This document shows positions 25,415 to 35,900 of a DNA stretch of 64,000 bases, piece by piece (the first letter of the stretch is position 1; each line of letters opens with the position of its first letter). This stretch comes from Antedon mediterranea. Taxonomy: Eukaryota > Animalia > Echinodermata. A program made the translations under genes and the position numbers. The stretch covers positions 40,310,304 to 40,374,303 of the forward strand of contig NC_092671.1 of NCBI RefSeq assembly GCF_964355755.1, read 5' to 3'. The notes beneath the pieces were generated by a model. It saw only the letters and a program-made list of their open reading frames with translations. It had not been told where the DNA came from and did no database searches.

Positions 25415-28400
25415 ATGGCTGATAAACAATCAACAACAAGATCCGGTAGAGAATACAGCGGCGGCGATGAATCTGATTCTGAGGTAGAATCGGTTCAGTC
25501 AATACAACCTGAACAACAGGCAGAAGAGTCTGGACCAACCAGTGGACATAACCCTACAGGGGCTGACTCATCTTCAAAAGATGTTTTGTTGTTGATGCAG
25601 CAGCAAATGCAGCAGCAAATGCAGCAGCAAATGCAGCAGCAAATGCAGCAGCAAATGCAACAACAGAATCTTATGATGCAGCAGATGATGGAACAACAAG
25701 AACGTTTACGCAAAGAAGATATGGAAAAACAAGAACGTTTACGCAAAGAAGATATGGAAAGACAAGAACGTTTACGTAGGGAAGATATGGAGAAACAGCA
25801 AGCGTTAGTAATGGCGTTAATGGATAAGCAAAAGGACAGTGAGGAGAAACGATTAAAAGACATGATGAGATTGAAAGAAGTTCAGATTGCAAAACTTTCT
25901 GATAGTGATGATATTGAAAATTATCTCACTACGTTTGAACGAATTGCTAACACCTATGAGTGGCGAAAAGAACACTGGGTAGTAAAACTAATACCTCATT
26001 TGACAGGCAAAGCAAGAGCGGCCTATGCATCACTACCAGTGACAGAAAGTAACCAGTACGACATAGTGAAGAAAGCAATATTACAAAGGTATGACATAAC
26101 TGAAGAGACATATAGGCAAAGGTTTAGGTCAATTAAAAAGAAAAGTGAAGAAAGTTATAGAGAAATGTATGTTAGGTTAAAAGATTTATTTACTAAGTGG
26201 GCTAGGCCTGCTGATAAAAGCAAAGATGATTTAGCTGAAATTGTTATTTTAGAGCAATTAATAGATATTATGCCCACAGGGGTACAAATTTGGGTTAAAG
26301 AACATAAACCAGATTCTGGATTAAATGCTGCAGAATTAGCAGATAATTATTTTCAAGCTAGAAAAGGTATCGATTTTGAGAAAAAGTTTCAAAATAGAAA
26401 ACACGAAAATAGAAACAACCAGGAGAAAACAGTGAAAGGCACTCCTGAAGTTGACAGTAAGGGTAATAATAATCCCCCTGATAACTTTCATAAATCACAA
26501 TCTGACGCTAGACAACCTCTCGTTTGTAGACGGTGCAAAAAAGTAGGCCACATAGAACGATTTTGTCGAAGTAAGGATGGCTTTTTGTCGACAAAGACAG
26601 ATACTGTTTCAAAACCATGTACACCTTACATTTGTAGAGGCCTAGTTGAAGGATGTGATTGTGAAATTTTGATAGACTCTGGATGTGATATGACACTTGT
26701 TCATTCTGATTTAGTAGCGGCTAAGAAAATTAATCGCGCGGAGCAAGCTAAAATTACATGCAGGTGCGTCCATGACCATGTCCAAGCCTATCCTACTGCA
26801 TTCGTCAATATTAAGATTAATAACGAAGACCATAATTTGTTGGTTGGCGTTTGCAGCGATTTACCAAGAGATGTAATTCTTGGTAGGGACTTTCCTAAAT
26901 TTGGAGACTTATTAGGGAAGGGGGATAAGAATCATGATAGGCATAGTTTTGTTGCCACTAGAGATCATGCTAGAAAAGAAAAACTAAGAGAGGAAAACGA
27001 ATTAAAGTCGGAAAAAGCTTCTGGGGTTATTTCACATCAGCTAGATGATGTGGTTAATTTTCAAGAAGAATTTGGACATTTAGATGGCCAACTACTCAGT
27101 AACAACCCTCCCAAGGAAAAAGTTCATAAAACCAGAAGTGAGAAACGAAAAGTTAGGAAAGAGTTTGCAAAAACAAAGGAAGCTCAATCTAGCCAAGATA
27201 GGGAATTAGACATTTTAGATATTGGCAGAGATAAAATTAAGGATTATCAGGTTAAGGATAGAACTTTAATTTCACTTCGAGAACAGATGTTAGTACAGAA
27301 AGATGATGACACTATAAAGATAGTCTGTAAGGATGGAATTTTATTTAGGCTGGTTTTCACTAAACACCAGACAGAACCAATAGAGCAATTAGTGGTTCCA
27401 TACCCTTGCCGTAATAGTGTATTGAAAGTCTCACATGATATTCCTTTGGCAGGTCATTTAGGTAGGAAAAAGACATTAGATAGGATAAAGCAGAGATTCT
27501 TTTGGCCTGGTATTAGAAAGGATGTGACCGAATATTGTAACACTTGTGAAAATTGTCAGAAAACTTCAAAGTATAAAACTAAATTGAAGGCCCCGATGAT
27601 TCCTATGCCAATAATCAGTGAACCATTCCGCCGAATCGCTATGGACATTGTTGGTCCACTAGCACGGAGTAAGACAGGAAATAAATATGTCTTGGTTATA
27701 TGTGATTATGCAACTCGATATCCGGAGGCTATCCCACTGAGAAGTATTGAAGCTCCAAAGATAGCGGATGAGTTGATTAAATTATTTTCCAGGGTAGGGG
27801 TACCAACAGAAATTTTAACCGATCAAGGCTCTAACTTTACCTCTAAGTTGTTGAGTCAAATTTATAAGTTACTTTCAATTAAGGGCTTGACTACTTCTCC
27901 CTACCATCCACAAACCGATGGATTAGTGGAAAGATTTAATGGCACCCTCAAGGCTATGATTAGAAAATTTGTTCAGGATGATCCCCGAGAATGGGATAAA
28001 TTGCTTCCATACCTATTATTTGCTTATAGGGAGGTACCGCAGGAGTCAACTGGGTTCTCTCCATTTGAATTATTGTATGGTTGGAAGGTACGAGGTCCAC
28101 TTGATATAATGAAAGAAATGTGGACAGGCACGGTGACAGGTCCTCAAAGTGTGGTTTCACACGTTGTTAAAATGAGAGATAGGTTAACTTCAATGAAAGA
28201 TCTAGTCCAGGAAAACATTGAACTATCCCAAACAAGGCAAAAACAAAAATATGATAAGAAATCTGTTTGTAGAGAATTTAGTCCAGGTGATGAAGTCCTA
28301 TTACTCTTACCATCTAGTAACGATGCATTAGAGGCAAAATGGCAAGGTCCTTACAAGGTTTTAAGGAAACTAGGTCCAGTAAACTATGAGGTGGAAACTA

Positions 28401-29968
28401 ATGATAAACGGAAAAAGTCAAAAGTCTACCACATAAATCTTTTAAAACAATTTCATCGTAGAACTATTGAGGTTATGCTGGCTATAAATGATGTAACTGG
28501 ACAAGACGAGGGTCAGGATAAGGACATTTCTTGGTCAAATATTTCTAGTTCCAATTTAACCTTAGATTCTGGTGAAGGATTAGATGAATCTCAGCTTTCA
28601 GATTTAGCGGAGGTGTTTTCTGAATTTGACTCAGTGTTACAGGACAAGCCAGGGAAAACTACTGTAATAAAGCATGATATTGAAATGAACCTAGGGGTAC
28701 ACCCAGTTAGATTAAGAGCTTATCCAATTCCTCAGGCTAAGTTAGGCAAAGTAAAAGAAGAGATAGAATCTATGTTGGAACTTGGGGTAATAGAAGAGTC
28801 TCACAGTCCCTGGTCCTCTCCTTATATCATGGTACCAAAGCCGGACGGTACAGCTCGCTTTTGCGTAAATTACAAAAAAGTGAATAGCTTGAGCAAGTTT
28901 GATGCATATCCAATGCCTCGAATAGATGAAATAATAGGCAGGGTTGGTCCTGCTAAATTTATAACGAAGTTAGATTTATGTAAAGGTTACTGGCAGGTTC
29001 CATTAACTGAACGGTCAAAACCATATACAGCTTTTTCAACACCAATGGGTTTGTATCAATTTAAGTATTTACCATTTGGCTTGCATGGGGCTCCTGCAAC
29101 GTTTCAAAGAATGATGGATCAACTGTTGCGCAAGAAAGAATCTTATGCAGCAGCTTATATGGATGATCTGGTAATATTTAGTCCAGACTGGGAAAGTCAT
29201 ATCCATCATCTTAGGGACATTTTTCAGACCCTCAAGCAAGCTAATCTGACAGTCAAACCTGCAAAATGTAGTTTCGCACATAGTAAAGTGCATTATTTAG
29301 GGTATGTAGTTGGAGAGGGAATGATACGTCCTCAAAAGACTAAGGTAGAAGCGGTAGTACAATGGGAAAAACCTAAAACTAAGAAGGATGTTAAATCTTT
29401 TCTTGGCCTGACAGGATACTACCGAAAGTTTATTCCTAATTATGCTGACATTGCAGCACCTCTAACTGATCTGACGGGGAAAAAACATCCAGATAAAATC
29501 AAATGGACGCCTGAGTGCGAAGATGCACTTGTAAAGTTAAAACAGGCGTTATGTTCAGACCCTGTGTTACGAAACCCAGATTTTAATGCAGAGTTTATAC
29601 TGCAAACAGATGCGTCAGATCGAGGGTTAGGTGCAGTACTTAGTCAACTAGGTCCTGATGGTACTGACCATCCAGTATTGTATCTTAGTCGTAAGATGTT
29701 CCCAAGAGAACAGAATTATGCAACTATAGAGAAAGAGTGTTTAGCTATAAAATGGGCTGTCGAAAGTCTGCGATATTATCTACTAGGCAGAAAATTTAAG
29801 ATAGTTACTGACCATCAACCACTCAAATGGTTGGTTGAAATGAAAGAGACAAACAAAAGACTAACTAGATGGAGTCTTGATTTACAACCTTATTGCTTTA
29901 CTGTTGTACATAGAAGGGGTATTTCTAATGGTAATGCTGACGGATTGTCACGAAAACCATTAACTTAA
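25415..29968 (+). CDS. Gag-Pol polyprotein (1517 aa): SCAN-like capsid, CCHC knuckle, protease, integrase, RT, RNase H
   Basis: YRQRFR..ILEQL..WVKEHKP (SCAN-like), CRRCKKVGHIERFC, LIDSG, H..GHLG..C..CQ with MDIVGP, TDQGSNF, DGLVERFN and GPY (integrase), followed by LDLCKGYWQ and YMDD (RT) and TDAS..EKECLA..TDH..ADGLSR (RNase H). Confidence 0.96.
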   Translation: MADKQSTTRSGREYSGGDESDSEVESVQSIQPEQQAEESGPTSGHNPTGADSSSKDVLLLMQQQMQQQMQQQMQQQMQQQMQQQNLMMQQMMEQQERLRKEDMEKQERLRKEDMERQERLRREDMEKQQALVMALMDKQKDSEEKRLKDMMRLKEVQIAKLSDSDDIENYLTTFERIANTYEWRKEHWVVKLIPHLTGKARAAYASLPVTESNQYDIVKKAILQRYDITEETYRQRFRSIKKKSEESYREMYVRLKDLFTKWARPADKSKDDLAEIVILEQLIDIMPTGVQIWVKEHKPDSGLNAAELADNYFQARKGIDFEKKFQNRKHENRNNQEKTVKGTPEVDSKGNNNPPDNFHKSQSDARQPLVCRRCKKVGHIERFCRSKDGFLSTKTDTVSKPCTPYICRGLVEGCDCEILIDSGCDMTLVHSDLVAAKKINRAEQAKITCRCVHDHVQAYPTAFVNIKINNEDHNLLVGVCSDLPRDVILGRDFPKFGDLLGKGDKNHDRHSFVATRDHARKEKLREENELKSEKASGVISHQLDDVVNFQEEFGHLDGQLLSNNPPKEKVHKTRSEKRKVRKEFAKTKEAQSSQDRELDILDIGRDKIKDYQVKDRTLISLREQMLVQKDDDTIKIVCKDGILFRLVFTKHQTEPIEQLVVPYPCRNSVLKVSHDIPLAGHLGRKKTLDRIKQRFFWPGIRKDVTEYCNTCENCQKTSKYKTKLKAPMIPMPIISEPFRRIAMDIVGPLARSKTGNKYVLVICDYATRYPEAIPLRSIEAPKIADELIKLFSRVGVPTEILTDQGSNFTSKLLSQIYKLLSIKGLTTSPYHPQTDGLVERFNGTLKAMIRKFVQDDPREWDKLLPYLLFAYREVPQESTGFSPFELLYGWKVRGPLDIMKEMWTGTVTGPQSVVSHVVKMRDRLTSMKDLVQENIELSQTRQKQKYDKKSVCREFSPGDEVLLLLPSSNDALEAKWQGPYKVLRKLGPVNYEVETNDKRKKSKVYHINLLKQFHRRTIEVMLAINDVTGQDEGQDKDISWSNISSSNLTLDSGEGLDESQLSDLAEVFSEFDSVLQDKPGKTTVIKHDIEMNLGVHPVRLRAYPIPQAKLGKVKEEIESMLELGVIEESHSPWSSPYIMVPKPDGTARFCVNYKKVNSLSKFDAYPMPRIDEIIGRVGPAKFITKLDLCKGYWQVPLTERSKPYTAFSTPMGLYQFKYLPFGLHGAPATFQRMMDQLLRKKESYAAAYMDDLVIFSPDWESHIHHLRDIFQTLKQANLTVKPAKCSFAHSKVHYLGYVVGEGMIRPQKTKVEAVVQWEKPKTKKDVKSFLGLTGYYRKFIPNYADIAAPLTDLTGKKHPDKIKWTPECEDALVKLKQALCSDPVLRNPDFNAEFILQTDASDRGLGAVLSQLGPDGTDHPVLYLSRKMFPREQNYATIEKECLAIKWAVESLRYYLLGRKFKIVTDHQPLKWLVEMKETNKRLTRWSLDLQPYCFTVVHRRGISNGNADGLSRKPLT

Positions 29969-30197
29969 AGCAAGGGTTACTTTATAAAATAGACAAAATA
30001 GGTTTTAATGTTTATAAGTTACTTGTTTCTTACATTTTGTTTGTAATGAGAATTTGGTTTTCACGTAATGTAGTTTGAATTTATATTCATATATTAAACA
30101 GGGTTTCTAGGTCGAAAATGTTATATTTTGCCACGTCCGTGTATACTTGCCCCTCAAAACTCCAAGAATGAGTTTTGAGCTCAGAAAGAGGGGGGAG

Positions 30198-30645
30198 TGT
30201 AATAAATTACCATTCCCTAACATATAGAGTAACATAGTATTTACATGAACATTCTAGAATAAGATGTTTTGATTTAATAAACCATGTATAATTAATAAGA
30301 ACAATCAAGAACATTCCAGAAGTGCTATTAATAGAAACTGTAATCATGTAATAATGAGAAGTATAAAGAATGATCTAGAAGGATAGGAGCATCTTGTATA
30401 TAAAGGGATGTAAACTATTGTAAGGTTGTTGGAATAGAGGTTGGATGTTATATTGTAAAGTCATTGTGAAGCTGTTGTTTAAAGTGCTTACTGGATTGTT
30501 GAAAGTTGAAGTTGATTGAAATTAAAGCTTTGTTTTTGAGTTATTTTACAACTTTGTGGATTTTGTGTGTATACTTTTATGTCACAAGGGAGTTCCTAAA
30601 GTATTTTCAACCGCTCGGAAACATACGTGAGAGGAGTTCGTGACA
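30198..30645 (+). repeat. 3' LTR
   Basis: Copy of 24634-25081, preceded by the PPT and followed by ATTAT. Confidence 0.96.
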
Positions 30646-30759
30646 ATTATTATATCGATTTTGTATTTGTAAATACTTTTTATAGCCTAATTGTAAATCT
30701 GTTTTAATTGAATTTATTCATACTTTATTGATGTTAATCTTTGTCAAGCAGAATAAATA

Positions 30760-32366
30760 ACTAGACATGAAACTCGTCACTTTGACGAGTTAGTTATCCG
30801 CACAACGACAAACGCCACGTGCACGTCATATGTTGGAATATTGCACACAGATAAAGATTATGGCATTATGACAAGAACTGAAGAATATGATATGCTGTTA
30901 GTGCTGAATTCTGTCAATTTTGTGTCATATAGTATATACATGCAAACAGTATAATCTGTATACATATTACATACAGTGTAGAATAGGTGAAATTACGGGA
31001 CCCGCCATTTATTCCAATTTTTAACATGGCGACGGTATCAAAATGAAACACTTAATTAACAATTTCAGAAGGAAATTATCTCAGGAACAACATATTAACG
31101 TGTAGAAGAAATTTGAATACGTAAAATATAGATGCGCACCCTTTTAAATGTGATGAACTATTACGCAAAATATGAAAATACGACTTTTTTTATTCAACTG
31201 GCAATATGATGACGTCACAACATCCGATTGGCAAAATGTTTACATGAATTCGTATCTACAATCCTATAGCTTCCAGAAAACGTTTTAATCGTGATTATCA
31301 CATTTTATTCTTACGAGCTATTACAGATTAAAATTTACTGTAAATATGAAATTAATGACCCACGTAATTAAAATTTTTAGGCATGATGACGTTATAAAAA
31401 TTAAAATATTTTTATCTCATGCTAAAGAAAGTTGATTGACCTAGACAATATATAAATATAGGAGAAAAAGGAATACAGATAAGCGTGATGCGCTCCATTG
31501 AATGTGATGAGCAATAACGAAACAGACAAAAATCCTATATTTTACATTCGTGTGGCCATACGATTACGTCACAATGTTTTTTTAGCCTTATCGATGCATG
31601 ATCCGATATCTGCAACTCATCAACTTCTAGATTTTGTAATAAAAATAAACGGTTCACGGTTTACTTTAGAAACTATGACTGTTTAAAAAAAGACATTATT
31701 TTGATGATTTTTTAAGCTTTTTCATAAAAAACGCGCACAAATTGTCTAATTCAACGTGTTCGTATGGCGTTATTTAAACTGGAAAAGGTCTAAATTGTTT
31801 TCAAAATTACTAGGAAAGGCTTGAAAAATATAATTCAAGAGAAAAAAATATGTTTTTATCGCTACGTGCGCACCGCGTGCGTAAAAAAATGCGCGCCCGT
31901 GGGAATTTTTGACATGCTCAAAATGACATGAAACGCGTAAAAAGAAATTGAGTAGAAATTAATTTTGCGCATTTTGAAATTTTAAATGCGCGTGTGCGCG
32001 TAACTTCTTGTGAAACATGCCATTTTTAATCCGTAGAAAGTTTGCCCCTGATATGACTTAAATTTTGTCAAAGTGTCAATACTAAATGACTTTTGGTTTT
32101 TAATCTATGATCAATCATTGAAATTCATAAAATTGCGCGTAAGTCACGTTGCGCAACTATGACGTCATTAAAAAATAGGAGGTGCACAACTTCACGTAAA
32201 TGCCCATATGTTGTCAAAGTTATGAAATGTTATGTTTACACATTTTAGAGAAACGCGACTCACAAAAAAGGAAGGAAGGAAAGAAGAATAATACAGAAAA
32301 AAAATGTTGATCTCATACAATAACAAGGAGTTATCCGCTTGGTATACCAAGCGGATAACTAATAAA
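30760..32366 (-). mobile_element. Non-autonomous Helentron/Helitron2-type (HINE) element
   Basis: The minus strand 5' end is tttaTTAGTTATCCGC-ttggtataccaa-GCGGATAACT. The 3' end is GCGGATAACTAA, hairpin CTCGTCA-aag-TGACGAG, then CTAGT in a T-rich site. Confidence 0.75.
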
Positions 32367-32976
32367 TCAGGAATTCGGGTATTGTACAGTATGCACTTTA
32401 AAAACACAAATCCTTTTCAATATTAAAACTAATTATTGAATATTATTATATTATTAGTTTCATTTAATCAATTCTTAATATTGCAACCAACAATAACACG
32501 CATTAGATTGACCCTTATATAAACGTTTGACATTTACTATAAAGTTCACCACAGAGCCATTATGAAGAAGGGTCACGGCGGTCACTTTGTAATCGTGGAA
32601 CTTTGTAAAAGCCTTTTGTAATTTGTATTTATTGTATTGACGCACATTGCAATCTATTGAGTATCACGACACACGCGGCGTGCTAGGCCTACCGGTACAC
32701 ACCTCAGAAATGTTAGTACTGTATGTGCAAATTAAAACTTTTGGCGGCGTTCTTTTGTATCACTGTTTCCAATCGTGTGACTCTGGTTCTCGATGTTATA
32801 TCTCTGGGTTATCGCAATCATTTACATTCTAAAATCAATTAGTATCTACATGATTTAAAACGTAATAAAATTACTTGTATTTACATTCCGATTCTTTGAA
32901 ATTATCTGTAAAGACGGGGCATATTATATTGTTTAAAGAATTATGTAAATTGTGATAAGTATATGAATAGAAGACT

Positions 32977-35900
32977 CTATGTAATAGTCATCATATCTGT
33001 CATCATATTTGTCGTCGGTGATGTTACCTCGTCTACTTCGTATAGTATGCCTACAACATAACCAATATACATTTATAATCTATTTAATGATTGACATTAT
33101 TAGTATCTTCAAAATAATACGCTTACATTCAATTAATATTATTTTTCTAATTTATATTTTAAAAAATCAGAAAAGATGTGTTAATAATATTTTTGTAATT
33201 CTGGTATATCATTGAATAGACACGTTTATATCAATTCCCTAGCATATACAATACTCAAGTCGCAGTTATTTCATATCTTACTAAGGGAGACGATGCCACA
33301 TGTAAAAAGGACATATGTGAAAATACAGCTATATAGCAGATGATGTTGTATATAATTGGACATTAGTATCTTTATTTACGCCATGAATACATTTAAAAAA
33401 ATTATATTTAAAGACAAATTGTAAATTTACCTGCAATGCAAGCGGTCATAAAGCAAGCAGTGGTTCCAGCGATGAGGGCGCGAATTGCAACTTGTGCCAG
33501 GTCACTCTTCCTTTCTGGTGCCATTGGCGTAAGTCCTCCTAGTTGGATTCCTATTGAGCTGATATTTGCAAACCCACAAAGTGCGTACGTTGCAATAACC
33601 TCTGAGCGTTTCTGAAATTACCAAATTATGTTATATCATTTAAAGCAACATGATATCATATTATCTTATAATATTATTTGAATAAGGTTTAGGCCTATCG
33701 CAAATTGCTTGAATTCGAGAGGGGAACGTCATTTTACAATGCATGATGGGAAGTGTTTGGGAATGTCACGACGCGTACGGAAAAATCACGTACGTACGTG
33801 TCATGACGTTTGCTCACAAACCCTTCCTATCATGCGTCGCGCACGCTATTTGCAATAAACCTTATGCAGTAGGTCAATAATTAAGTCACAACCATAACAA
33901 ACAAAAAACATTAAATTATAAAAATGTATAAGACATCAACGTTTCCTTCAAAAATATGAAAATGAAGATTAATAAAATCAGATTTCGTCTGTAGTTTTAA
34001 TATATAATAATAATAATACCACATTTATATAGCGCCCTTTTCATGAGTAATCATGCTCAAAGGCGCTTTACAAGCATTATTACCCCAGTATTTTTTGGGA
34101 TCAAACACGTATGGAAACATACTTCCATAATGCAGCCGGTAACCAGCGCAAAGTTGTGTCTAGATCTAACTGGGTACCCATTTATACACCTGGGTGGAGA
34201 GAGGCAACGTAAGTAAAGTATCTTGCCTACGGGTACAAGCAATGCGGCGAGAGTTGGATTCGAACCTAGGTCTGACGATCGGTAGTCCAACGTCCAACAC
34301 ACTGCGCCACACGCCCTTAATCAAGTTAATCAGTTCCGTAGAAAAGAAAAACGGAAAAAATAATGTTTTTAATTTTAAAAAGACAAATCAAACGGTTAAA
34401 AACAAAAACCTGTTGACTATTTTTTAGGTAAATATTTTTTTTTTCTCGATCCAAAAAAAGCTAAACAAAAATTTTTCAGGTGGACAATAATCTTTAATCG
34501 TCATCACAATAATTGAGTTGACAATAAAGACATAAGCCTACAGTAAAAAAGCTAATCAATTAACAATGGATATCAGTGGTAATGCTTGGTTCCCACTAGA
34601 GATGCAACGCAATGACGTAAGGCAACGATGATGGATTATTCGAACGGTGGTTTGTCATTGGTCAACTCGCTTGCGTTGCGCGTACGTCTATGCGTTGCGT
34701 CTCTAGTGGAAACCACGCTTACGGCCTAATACCTACCGAAATAGTTCCAGCTTCAATGATTTCTCCCAGACGTTCATATGCCACGAATTCATTAATAAAT
34801 GTCTTGATACCAATCAATTCGGCAACCAGCCTGCAATCATTCCATTCAACACCCATGATGAATGCTACAGGCATAAACACGTATGAACAGATCAGCTGTA
34901 ACAAAAAGCAGAGTTACCGTACAAACAACGTTTCTTTTACGCAGTTTTGTCCATTTAACGGTTTGTGCATTGACAACGAATAATCAAATTATGATACGAA
35001 TAAAGAAGAGAAATTTGCATTACTTTAAAGCGGAGTGGAGCTTCAGCTTGGCTTGCCTTGCGATCTCAAGGTCCAGGGTTCAATCTGACATACTGTCAGG
35101 ATTGGCAAATAACACTTAGTTTATAAGCACGATGATTAGCGAGTTAACGTGCTACGTTTTAACAATAGCTTTTATCGTCAACAAAATAAAACTATGTAAA
35201 GAGTTTATATGTGTGAAAATAATTCAGCTGGCGTGCATCTATTGTTATCTAATAGTGTTTAAATCTGTTTACAAAATAATGGCAATTACCTCGAAGGTAA
35301 GGGGTGGGTCCTCAATTCCAACAAGTCCACCAAACCACGTAAGAATAGCATTACAACACGCTAGGATGGCAAGGAACGCAATGAGATTAGCAGCGATGTT
35401 TGCTACTAGTGATACGGCCGTTGCGGCGCCAAATGACGCGGCTTCTATCATGTTTCTTTCTTCACTGAATAGATAGAAAAGATAAAAAGCTGATAATATA
35501 ACATAACTTAAGGGTCTTTCACACCTGTTCCGGCAAGATTCCGGCCCGGCACCGGAAAATACAATCAAACGTCAATCTTTCGTTTTTACGCGGCTACGCG
35601 CGTATCGATTGGCGCATAGCCGCGCAGAACGTCGTGAAAGCGAAACATTGGCTTTCGTTTCGCCGGACGGGAACCGTGCCGGAACAAGTGTGAAAGACCC
35701 TTACAGTATGTGTGTTTAATTTTTTCAAATGTTTATTTTTTTAAGGTTAATGATCATAATGAAGTGAAACAATCTGTTTGATATATACATATTGAATGAT
35801 TAGTATTGGTATACATTGAATGATTAGTATTCGTATACATTGAATGATTAGTATTGGTATACATTGAATGATTAGTATTCGTATACATTGAATGATTAGT

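Larger units (their letters stand above)
24634..30645 (+). mobile_element. Full-length Gmr1-like Ty3/Gypsy LTR retrotransposon
   Basis: LTRs 24634-25081 and 30198-30645 (448 bp, TG..CA, no differences seen by eye), ATTAT TSD, PBS, PPT agaaagaggggggag at 30183-30197, and a single intact ORF. Confidence 0.96.

Noticed and set aside
25495-25892. Antisense Cys-rich ORFs
   Set aside because: Reverse reading of the Gag QQQM and ERLRKED repeats.
34245-34316. Possible tRNA genes here and at about 8130, 20880, 48450 and 50110
   Set aside because: Only A/B boxes with broken cloverleaves, mostly joined to SINE bodies.
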